From positions 32,001 through 96,000 of IMG/VR virus record IMGVR_UViG_3300012344_000013: a stretch of 64,000 nt of DNA; one strand, 5' to 3'. Below the pieces are notes generated by a model. That model worked only from the letters and a program-made list of their open reading frames with translations. It was not told the origin of the DNA and did not search any database. The number at the start of each line of letters is the position of its first letter. Positions within the stretch are counted from its first letter, which is position 1. Shown here one piece after another: positions 1-8,309 of the stretch. The translations under genes and the position numbers were made by a program. The DNA is from a virus (taxonomy: Duplodnaviria > Caudoviricetes).

Positions 1-10
1 AAGAAAAGCA

Positions 11-1033
11 ATGTTTGCCCGTGGTTTCAAAGAAGAACCAAAGAAAAAGTTAATACCAGAGAGTTTAGGTTCTGATGTAGCTAAATATCAAAAATGGGTA
101 GATTATGATATGAAGAGATATCATGATATATCTGACAAAACCAATGAAGAAGTTAAAAAGGCAGGACTTCAGATAGTTAAAGATAAGTATGGCGATTATC
201 AGGTAATTGCTGGTAAATATAATGAATCTCTTGAAGAAGTTTCTTTCAAAACAAAAGATGCTAGAGTAGAGATGAAAGCTGATGAAGATGGTAAAGTAAC
301 TGTTACTTCTGAGCCTAATAACGAATGTTGTGGCGAAGAAGAAGAAGTAATTAAACCTCTTTCAAAAGAAGATGAAGAAAAGATAGAAGGCAATGATGAA
401 GAGATTGAAGAAGTAGATGGAGAATCATTTGATGAGCTTGAAGAGAGTTTTCTTAAGAAAGTGTATTCAAATGTAGATTCATACGAAACAACTTCAATTG
501 ATAAAAAAGATGGTAAGTTCTTTGTAGAAGGTTTTATTAAATTTAATTCTGGCAAAACAAAGAAAGCCTCTTTTGTATTTGAATCTGTAGGTAAAACTCC
601 TCGTAACAAGTATAGATTTATTGGAGAATCGACCCAAATAACTCCTAAGAAGAATGCTTTTAGAATTATTGGTAATAAGGTTGGAAACAAGTTTGTTGCT
701 GAGAGTATGAATTATGACTTTAGAACTAAAAATCTTAATGAATCTGTTAGAATAAGTGGAAGAGTAGTTACTAATATAAAAGAAGCAGTAGACCTTTCAG
801 ATAAGAAAGGTTCTATCACAAATGTTCTAACTTCTCATAAAGAAGAAATTTCAAAAGCTTCTTCAGTAAAAGAAATGTTAGATTTACTTAATAAATGGTT
901 CAAAGAAGAAGGTATCGATACTCCTGCTTCTAAGAGACTTATAAATACTGTGTCTAAAAAGAAAGATATAGCCGATGCACAATTCGCTGTATATAATTCT
1001 ATTCTTAAAGGCGCAGGACAAGGCGTTATTTAA
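11..1033 (+). CDS. Acidic virion/head-associated protein, probably 5'-truncated by the window
   Basis: Frame is open back to the window start; acidic tracts and repeated (L/I/Y)-x-E-(S/A) motifs (YNES, LNES, IKEA); lies just upstream of neck genes. Confidence 0.45.
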   Translation: MFARGFKEEPKKKLIPESLGSDVAKYQKWVDYDMKRYHDISDKTNEEVKKAGLQIVKDKYGDYQVIAGKYNESLEEVSFKTKDARVEMKADEDGKVTVTSEPNNECCGEEEEVIKPLSKEDEEKIEGNDEEIEEVDGESFDELEESFLKKVYSNVDSYETTSIDKKDGKFFVEGFIKFNSGKTKKASFVFESVGKTPRNKYRFIGESTQITPKKNAFRIIGNKVGNKFVAESMNYDFRTKNLNESVRISGRVVTNIKEAVDLSDKKGSITNVLTSHKEEISKASSVKEMLDLLNKWFKEEGIDTPASKRLINTVSKKKDIADAQFAVYNSILKGAGQGVI

Positions 1034-1055
1034 TTAGTACAGGGAGATAGTCTTT

Positions 1056-1553
1056 ATGGAGAATAAATACGGTATTTTATTAAATGACAATATAAAACTT
1101 CATAGAGACTATTTCAATGAAATGTGCTCTTTGATAGGAATACAAGTTATATATAGAGCCCCAAGAGAAGGTAAACATTATACAACTTATGGTGAATTAG
1201 ATTGTAATTTTTATGAGCCTTTAACTGTAGGTTGCATATTTGTAGAGCATCCTGACCAACAAACTCTTAAGAAGATAGGTTGGGTATCAGAATTACAAGA
1301 TTCATCCTCCCTAATCAATGTTCCATATGATTTACCTAGATTACAGCAAGGAGCTTTATTTATAATACCTAGTGGTTTAGATAATGCTAAAGGTAGAGTA
1401 TTTAGAGTAGTAAAACTCACTAATTCCATTGTATATCCATCAGCAATAACTTGTGAAATAATCCCTGAGTTTGAAGATTCTTATGAACCAAGGCCTCAAG
1501 AATATAAGCATAGTAGTTTTAATTTACTAAAAGGAGAAGATGATGAAATATAA
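1056..1553 (+). CDS. Putative head closure/neck protein
   Basis: Position before tail terminator and sheath; 165 aa beta-rich protein; GGGAG RBS. Confidence 0.5.
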   Translation: MENKYGILLNDNIKLHRDYFNEMCSLIGIQVIYRAPREGKHYTTYGELDCNFYEPLTVGCIFVEHPDQQTLKKIGWVSELQDSSSLINVPYDLPRLQQGALFIIPSGLDNAKGRVFRVVKLTNSIVYPSAITCEIIPEFEDSYEPRPQEYKHSSFNLLKGEDDEI

Positions 1554-2130
1554 TAAAAGATTATTAGAATATAGAACTTCTTCTCGAGTAAAGGGCTATA
1601 CAATTGATGACTATGTAGAAGAAAAATTCCCTGATATAAACACTGCATATATAAAAGGATTAGTATACAACTCTATTTTCAAAAGTTATAGAGGTAGAGA
1701 GATAGAGCAGTGGTATAAATATGGCCCTTATTATACAAATGATTTTATAGATTTTCTTGTTAAACTTACTAAAAATAAGAATGTTGTAATAAATTCTAAA
1801 AATTATTCTTTAATTTCTTACTTATATGAACACGAGTATGATAAAGGCGATTTGAGAGATTTTGTTCCCGATGGTTTTGATACGGAATGGTTGTTAAATA
1901 AATCTTTGTACAACGACAGAACCTTACGTGAGTTTGAATACACTATAAAAGTTTTAGGGATATTTGATAATTTACAAGCTTTAGAGAAATGGTTTGATAA
2001 AGATGTAGCAGAAGAATTAAATCCTAAAATATTCTTTGACGGCAATAAGATAAAATCAGTTAGTGAGATAGCTAAAATGGTTAATGAACTTTCTTCTAAA
2101 TATGGTATAAATAAAAAGAAGAAGAGGTAA
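1540..2130 (+). CDS. Hypothetical protein inserted in the neck module
   Basis: 196 aa ORF with AAGGAG RBS; no recognisable motif. Confidence 0.5.
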   Translation: MMKYNKRLLEYRTSSRVKGYTIDDYVEEKFPDINTAYIKGLVYNSIFKSYRGREIEQWYKYGPYYTNDFIDFLVKLTKNKNVVINSKNYSLISYLYEHEYDKGDLRDFVPDGFDTEWLLNKSLYNDRTLREFEYTIKVLGIFDNLQALEKWFDKDVAEELNPKIFFDGNKIKSVSEIAKMVNELSSKYGINKKKKR

Positions 2131-2134
2131 TTAA

Positions 2135-2722
2135 ATGAGTGTTAAGTTATATGATGATGCTTTATTAGAAAAGCTTAAGTATTGGACAGAAGATGCTGAA
2201 TGTCAGATAGTAGGTCCAGAAGAAACAAGGGAACTATTTGAAATAAAAGCAGATAAAAATGATGACAAACCTATAAAATTACCTTTGATAAGTCTTATAC
2301 ATAGAGGAGGATATACAGTTACTAATTATAGTAAAAGACCTCTTACATTTGATGGTTTAATGTTAGATTCAACTATTCCGACAAGTATATCATTAAATGC
2401 TGTTCCTATAAGTATTCCTTATCAAATAGATATTTATACTAGATATTATGAAGAAGCAGACGAATACTTAAGAAATTTTATATTTAATATAATAAATTTC
2501 CCAAAGGTAGAAGTTATAATACCATATAACAATATAGAATTAGCACATGATTCTAATATATATTTATCAGAATCTATTGTAGAAAACAGTAATGTGCCAG
2601 TTAGATTAAGATATGGTCAATTAACCAAACTATCTTTGGTTTTAGATATAGATGATGCATATATATTCGATGCTAAAGTTAGAGATAATTATAGTATTGA
2701 ATGTAGTGTAAAAGTTGATTAA
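2135..2722 (+). CDS. Putative tail terminator/completion protein (T4 gp15-like)
   Basis: 'KLPLISL' and 'AVPISIPYQIDIYT' motifs typical of gp15-like proteins; directly upstream of sheath. Confidence 0.6.
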   Translation: MSVKLYDDALLEKLKYWTEDAECQIVGPEETRELFEIKADKNDDKPIKLPLISLIHRGGYTVTNYSKRPLTFDGLMLDSTIPTSISLNAVPISIPYQIDIYTRYYEEADEYLRNFIFNIINFPKVEVIIPYNNIELAHDSNIYLSESIVENSNVPVRLRYGQLTKLSLVLDIDDAYIFDAKVRDNYSIECSVKVD

Positions 2723-2743
2723 AAATAAAGGAGAAAAAGATAG

Positions 2744-4918
2744 ATGCCTACTATAAATATCAAAGAGCTTGATAAAACTACTGCTGTTGAATCTGCTGTT
2801 GATACTAATGTGGTATATGTTCCTGGATTTTCTGCAAAGGTAGTTGATAAATTACTAAAGCATACAGAAAAAGATGCTAGCGGAAAAGAAGTAACTATTC
2901 CTGACGCTATTATATTCGATGAAAGTGGTCTTGGCGTTGAGGTTAATACTGTTACGCCTTATGGCCAAGAAGGACAGAAAGCTTACAATACTGCAGATAA
3001 ACGTATTTGGAGGTGCGTTTCTGGTAAGACAAGCCAGAAAATGTTCACTGAAGCAGGTATTCTTCCAGAAAAAATCAATTATAAAGAACTTTCTTCAGCT
3101 GGTGCAGTTGAAATTTCTGATAGCTTACTTCCTTATCTCTTTACCAAGAGAACTGAAGGTGGCCAAGACTACTATGATTCAGTAGATAAGTATGTACAAG
3201 GCACCACTTATTATTTAGCCACAGTAGATAAATATACATTTAATCAAAGTATTGAGATACCAGGTGGATTTTACAAAGATAGTAGTAAACCTACTTGGAT
3301 AACTCGCGAAGTGCAGGGAACTCTTATCAAACAAGCAGGTAATGAGTTTGCAATTGATAAGCTAACAGTTGTAAGTGGCACAATAGCTTCTCTTGCAGAG
3401 AAAGATACTGATGTACCTATGAATCTTAATACATCAACAGCATTTAATAATCTATATTCAGGTACTATAGCTTTTAACGAAGAACCTAATGACAAAGGTA
3501 ACTACACAGTAACTCTAGCTGGTGATATTAAACCTGGTTCAGATAGTGAAACCGCGTATTTTGTAATAAATAGCAATATTGCTTCAACGCTTACCTACCA
3601 AGTTAGCGGCACTGCTTGGGAGGAGTTAAACGAGACAGAATATGATATTCCTTCTTTTAATGAAGCTGTTGAGTTTACAGCTACGACAAAAGAGCAAGAC
3701 TTTGTAGATACTTTTGGCGACACGCCTTATATCTTCCCAGAAGCACAAGCTTATCCTGTTAACGGAAAAAACGCTTTTAGTGCTTCAGCCTATGCTAGTG
3801 GCAACAATGTGATTGTAGATAAGGGTTCACCTGATAAATCATATATTTATGCGAGAGAACTTCTTAATGCAGGTCTAAGTGTAGTTTATGAAGCAGTTGT
3901 AGAATTAGTAGAAGATGATTCTTTAGCCGGATATCCTACAGGGGCTAAGATTGTAAAGAGACCTGATGTGGCTTATCTATATAGACGTTTTATCGGAGCT
4001 GATGGAAAAGATGACATATTCAATTCACTTACAGATAAAGGTACTTACAATATTAAATTTATTACTTCCGGCGGTTATCCTACCTTTGAGTATGGTATAG
4101 GTAACGCTGCTGCGACTGTAATGAACAATGCTGCCGTGGATAGGGGCGATGTTGCTGTACTTATTGACCCAACAGACTATCCGGGTAGAACATTATGTCC
4201 TTCTGATAGGGGTTCTGTGTATAATGTTGCTAATAATAGTGCAGATTATAGTTTGCTTCCCTTAGCAGGTCCTACATCTGATAAAGGTGGAGCTTATGCG
4301 GCTATGGTACCTGTGTGGATTAAATATACATCACCTACTTATGGTCAGATGATATCGATGCCTGGCTCATTTGCATATCTTATTTCTTATGCAAACTCAG
4401 TTAAGACTTACGCTGATTGGTTAGCTATTGCAGGTGTAGCTCGTGGTATTATTCCTAATTGTCAGGGTGTTAACAGTTTCCATGTACTTACCAATAGTAT
4501 TGCAGAAGCATATCAAGCAAAGACAGGAATTTCAATCAATCCCATAACTTATATTAGAGGATATGGCTATGCGCTTTGGGGAAATAGAACATTACTTAAT
4601 AATAATGGCCTTACTGCTTCTTCATTCCTTAACCTTAGAAGTCTTGTATGCGATGTTAAGAAAACTGTATATGCTGCTTGTCGTAGATATATGTTTGAGC
4701 AAAACAATGATGTATTATGGGTAAGTTTCAAGTCTGCCATCACTCCCACATTAGAGAAGATGGTAGCTGGATATGGAATTGAAAGTTATAAAATCGTTAA
4801 ACTTCCTACAAGAGAGAAAGCTAAAATAGTTGCTGAAATTATTTTAACTCCTATTTATGCAGTAGAAGATTTCGAAGTAACAATTGTACTCACTGACAGT
4901 GAGTTAACAGTAGAGTAA
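2744..4918 (+). CDS. Tail sheath protein
   Basis: N-terminal 'MPTINIKELD', C-terminal 'INPI...WGNRTL...FEQNN..LW' sheath motifs. Confidence 0.92.
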   Translation: MPTINIKELDKTTAVESAVDTNVVYVPGFSAKVVDKLLKHTEKDASGKEVTIPDAIIFDESGLGVEVNTVTPYGQEGQKAYNTADKRIWRCVSGKTSQKMFTEAGILPEKINYKELSSAGAVEISDSLLPYLFTKRTEGGQDYYDSVDKYVQGTTYYLATVDKYTFNQSIEIPGGFYKDSSKPTWITREVQGTLIKQAGNEFAIDKLTVVSGTIASLAEKDTDVPMNLNTSTAFNNLYSGTIAFNEEPNDKGNYTVTLAGDIKPGSDSETAYFVINSNIASTLTYQVSGTAWEELNETEYDIPSFNEAVEFTATTKEQDFVDTFGDTPYIFPEAQAYPVNGKNAFSASAYASGNNVIVDKGSPDKSYIYARELLNAGLSVVYEAVVELVEDDSLAGYPTGAKIVKRPDVAYLYRRFIGADGKDDIFNSLTDKGTYNIKFITSGGYPTFEYGIGNAAATVMNNAAVDRGDVAVLIDPTDYPGRTLCPSDRGSVYNVANNSADYSLLPLAGPTSDKGGAYAAMVPVWIKYTSPTYGQMISMPGSFAYLISYANSVKTYADWLAIAGVARGIIPNCQGVNSFHVLTNSIAEAYQAKTGISINPITYIRGYGYALWGNRTLLNNNGLTASSFLNLRSLVCDVKKTVYAACRRYMFEQNNDVLWVSFKSAITPTLEKMVAGYGIESYKIVKLPTREKAKIVAEIILTPIYAVEDFEVTIVLTDSELTVE

Positions 4919-4931
4919 AGGAGGTTAATGT

Positions 4932-5519
4932 ATGCCTATATCAGAACATTCAAGTGCATATCATTTAGCACAAAATCCTAGGCTGTACGAAATTCAGAGA
5001 GATAACAACTTTGAATTTGTAGTGCCAGACCTTGATAATATTGTAAGAGCAGGTATGACCGGAACAGAGGCAAATGCTAAAATAGGTAATGCTTCTGAAA
5101 TACTTAGAATATCAGTATCGAGTGCATTTGTACCTCACTTTACACAGGGCGTTATATCAGTGCAGAGAGGCAATACTTCCATTAAGTATGCAGGTGTAAT
5201 GACTTTTGGTGAAGGAAGTCTTGTTATAGATGATTTCATCGGGGCTCGTTCAAAAGATATACTTAGAGCATGGCAAGCACTTTCTGGTAGACCAGGTTCT
5301 CCTGATGAAGTTGGTCTTGTATCTGAATATAAGAAAGATGCTTACTTACTTGAATATACTCCTGATTATAAAACCGTTGTAAGAACTTGGGTTCTTCATG
5401 GCTGCTGGATAAGTGGTTTAACAGAGGGTGAGTATAATCACGAGAATAACAATAAGAAGCAAGTAACAGCTACTATTCAGTATGACTGGGGCGAAGAAGA
5501 TTTATCTTCTGAAGTTTAA
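4932..5519 (+). CDS. Tail tube protein (T4 gp19-like)
   Basis: Follows sheath; 'YKKDAYLLEY', 'RTWVLHGCW', 'ATIQYD' motifs. Confidence 0.88.
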   Translation: MPISEHSSAYHLAQNPRLYEIQRDNNFEFVVPDLDNIVRAGMTGTEANAKIGNASEILRISVSSAFVPHFTQGVISVQRGNTSIKYAGVMTFGEGSLVIDDFIGARSKDILRAWQALSGRPGSPDEVGLVSEYKKDAYLLEYTPDYKTVVRTWVLHGCWISGLTEGEYNHENNNKKQVTATIQYDWGEEDLSSEV

Positions 5520-5526
5520 TTATAAC

Positions 5527-5557
5527 GTACTAAGAGGGTTAAATTCCCTCTTAGTAC
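5527..5557 (+). terminator. Stem-loop after the tail tube gene
   Basis: Perfect 12-bp inverted repeat GTACTAAGAGGG/CCCTCTTAGTAC. Confidence 0.65.
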
Positions 5558-5578
5558 TATTTACATGAAGGAGTAAAG

Positions 5579-7078
5579 ATGAACATATTTGAAAGCATAG
5601 AAATTCATAATGAGTTAAATCCAAAAATATGGGATAAAGAAAATCATTTACTCCCTGATGTAAGTAAGAAACTCAAAGAAATAGTTGATTATTATAAATT
5701 ACAATCTCAGGTAAAATTACAAGTAATAGATGCCCTATTAGTAGGAAGTAATTGTTCCTATAATTATACAGATAAATCAGATTTAGATTTACATTTAGTA
5801 ACTAATTTTGATAATTACAATTTAGATAAAGAAGCAATTAGTGCTATATTAAATTCAGAGAAATCTTCTTTTAACAATAATTATGACATAACTATACATG
5901 GTATAGATGTAGAGTTATATGTAGAAGATGTAAAATCAAGCACCGCTTCTAATGGCATATATTCTTTATATAAAGACAAATGGGTAAAATTTCCCGATAA
6001 ATTAGATGGAGTACCTGTAATAAATATTGATAGAGAAGTAGAAATTTGGTCTAAGATACTGAATAATGTTTTAGAATCTAAAGATTATAATTATATAAAT
6101 TCTATAATAGATAGATTATATATGATAAGACATAATTCTATTGCGGCTGATGGCGAATTTGGCAAAGGTAATCAGTTATTTAAGGAATTGCGTAATAGAG
6201 GATTTTTAGATAAAATAAAAGAGCGTAAAACTGAATTAGTATCAAAAGATTTATCTTTAGAAAGTTTAAGAGAATCCAAGCAGCCTTTAACAGAAGCAAC
6301 CAGAACTCAGTTAATAGGTAAATCAAGACGTTCTCAAAAAGGCAATGAAAGATTTAATAGAAGACAAAAATCAAGAGTAGCCAATACAGTAAGAGAATTT
6401 AATTCTATTGATATGAATCAATTATTCAAAGATAATATATTAACAGTTAATATCTCTGTAAATGGAGAAACTGATAATTATATTGTAAGAATTAAGTTTG
6501 GTGGCTTTTTAGATATAGTTAAAGAAAAAATAGAGAGATTTGGGAAATTAGATTTACGAGTAGTTATATCTTCACTTAAAGAAGCCTTTAATAGAGAAGA
6601 TGTATTAGTACACTGTTCGTGTGATGATTTTAAGTATCGCTTCGCTTTTTGGCTCACAGCAAATAAAGAAAATAGCGGAGATGCAGAAAACAGGCCTTCT
6701 AATATAACTAATCCAGATGATAGTTTAGGCAGTGGTTGTAAGCATATTTTATTAGTATTGAATAATAACAGCTGGATAATAAAAGTAGCAAGTGTTATTT
6801 GGTCTTATATAAATTATATGGAACAGCATTATCCTAAAATGTATGCTGACATAATTTATCCTGCTTTATACGGTAAAGATTATGAAGAACCCGTACAGTT
6901 AAGTATAGAAGATGAAGATGAATTAGCTTCAGAAGAAGATGATTTAACTGATATTATAGACCAAGGCAGCAAACGTGCTCAATTCCAGAAAGGAAATAAG
7001 CAAGGTGTACGTTTTGCTAAAGAAGAAAAACCTGATACTAATCAGCAAACATTGGATGATTTGGAGGATAATGAATAA
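5579..7078 (+). CDS. Pol-beta-superfamily nucleotidyltransferase fused to a SWIM-type Zn-finger domain
   Basis: 'LLVGSN...SDLDLH...VELYVE' NTase motif; C-terminal CSC-x(n)-CKH motif; acidic tail. Confidence 0.75.
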   Translation: MNIFESIEIHNELNPKIWDKENHLLPDVSKKLKEIVDYYKLQSQVKLQVIDALLVGSNCSYNYTDKSDLDLHLVTNFDNYNLDKEAISAILNSEKSSFNNNYDITIHGIDVELYVEDVKSSTASNGIYSLYKDKWVKFPDKLDGVPVINIDREVEIWSKILNNVLESKDYNYINSIIDRLYMIRHNSIAADGEFGKGNQLFKELRNRGFLDKIKERKTELVSKDLSLESLRESKQPLTEATRTQLIGKSRRSQKGNERFNRRQKSRVANTVREFNSIDMNQLFKDNILTVNISVNGETDNYIVRIKFGGFLDIVKEKIERFGKLDLRVVISSLKEAFNREDVLVHCSCDDFKYRFAFWLTANKENSGDAENRPSNITNPDDSLGSGCKHILLVLNNNSWIIKVASVIWSYINYMEQHYPKMYADIIYPALYGKDYEEPVQLSIEDEDELASEEDDLTDIIDQGSKRAQFQKGNKQGVRFAKEEKPDTNQQTLDDLEDNE

Positions 7079-7272
7079 TGTTTATTACGGGAGAATTTGT
7101 TAAAGGTGATAATACCTATGAAGCCTTTAACGGAAGTGTATTTCTTAAATTAGATAGAGATAACAAAAAGCTTATTTTCAAAGACATGTCAGAAACAGAA
7201 ATTTGTTTTATGTCTTTTGATACAGAAGCAGAATTAGTATTAAAATTTAATAATATTTGCGGCATAGGTTAA
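7078..7272 (+). CDS. Small hypothetical protein
   Basis: Translationally coupled (TAATG) with GGAGG RBS. Confidence 0.5.
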   Translation: MFITGEFVKGDNTYEAFNGSVFLKLDRDNKKLIFKDMSETEICFMSFDTEAELVLKFNNICGIG

Positions 7273-7341
7273 TTAGATAGCCGTTCTCTAAAACTAAGGT
7301 TGTATATAATTATATAATAATGAGTTAAGGAGAACATGTAA

Positions 7342-8100
7342 ATGCAAGATTATATTATAGCAGAAGATTTTACATTGCCTTCATTAGGTAAAGTATATGG
7401 AGACGTAGAAGTAAATCCCCATATAAAACTTCGTAGTATGACGACAAATGATGAGATGAAAAGACTTAATCATTCAGAAAGAGCTTATAAAGTTCTGGCG
7501 GATGTAATAGATGATTGTTTAGTAGAAAGTCCTGGAATATCTGCTTACGATTTATGTTTAGCAGATTTTCAGTTTTTGCTGCATAAGTTAAGAATAGTTA
7601 CATATGGACCGGATTATAAAGTAATGTCCACTTGTCCATACTGTAGGTCAACTGAAGAGCTAACAATCAATCTAGAAGCCTTTGAAGTTAAAACATTTGA
7701 TGAAAAAGTATTAGATAGTTTTACAATAGAATTACCTGTAACAAAAAAGAAAGTAAAACTTAGAATGCAGACTCCAAGGTCACTAGATGATGTAGAAGAG
7801 AAAGTACGAGAGTATAATCGAAGAACATCATCGAAAGATGGTTCAGAGTCTGCTTTTTTATTTAATCTTGAAGATTTAATAGACTCTGTAGATGGTAAGG
7901 TTTTAGATGTAATTAAAAAACCTGAGTTTATAAAAAGTCTTCCTATGAGAGATACTAACTATATTTTACAAAAAGCAGAAGCATTGAATAGCGCAATAGG
8001 TTTAACTGCTGAGCAAGTTTGCTATTGTCCTATGTGCGGGTTAGATTATACTGTTCCCTTTCGTTTCACCTCTGAATTTTTTAGACCCTCAGTGGACTGA
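7342..8100 (+). CDS. Baseplate hub assembly/tail assembly chaperone (T4 gp26-like)
   Basis: 'LPSLG..Y', 'LRSMT', two CPxC pairs, ends 'EFFRP'; precedes tape measure. Confidence 0.75.
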   Translation: MQDYIIAEDFTLPSLGKVYGDVEVNPHIKLRSMTTNDEMKRLNHSERAYKVLADVIDDCLVESPGISAYDLCLADFQFLLHKLRIVTYGPDYKVMSTCPYCRSTEELTINLEAFEVKTFDEKVLDSFTIELPVTKKKVKLRMQTPRSLDDVEEKVREYNRRTSSKDGSESAFLFNLEDLIDSVDGKVLDVIKKPEFIKSLPMRDTNYILQKAEALNSAIGLTAEQVCYCPMCGLDYTVPFRFTSEFFRPSVD

Positions 8101-8305
8101 GAATGGCGAGTTATACGCACCTAAGAGATTAGAAGATTTAATAAGAGAACGCTATTTAATTACAAAATATTGTCATACTTCTTACGAAGAAGTGGGAAGA
8201 ATGACTCCAACAGAAAGATTGACTTTAATACAATACATAAAAGAAGAATTAGAATATAAACAGAAGCAAATACAGGAGAGTAAGAGAAATAACAACAGGA
8301 GGTGA
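8081..8305 (+). CDS. Unannotated frameshift-extension ORF of the tail chaperone (gpGT-like)
   Basis: +1 frame open 8045-8305 encoding LDPQWTENGELYAPKRL...MTPTERLTLIQYIKEE; no start codon with RBS near its 5' end; TGA overlaps the tape measure RBS. Confidence 0.7.
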   Translation, partial: LDPQWTENGELYAPKRLEDLIRERYLITKYCHTSYEEVGRMTPTERLTLIQYIKEELEYKQKQIQESKRNNNRR

Positions 8306-8309
8306 TTAG

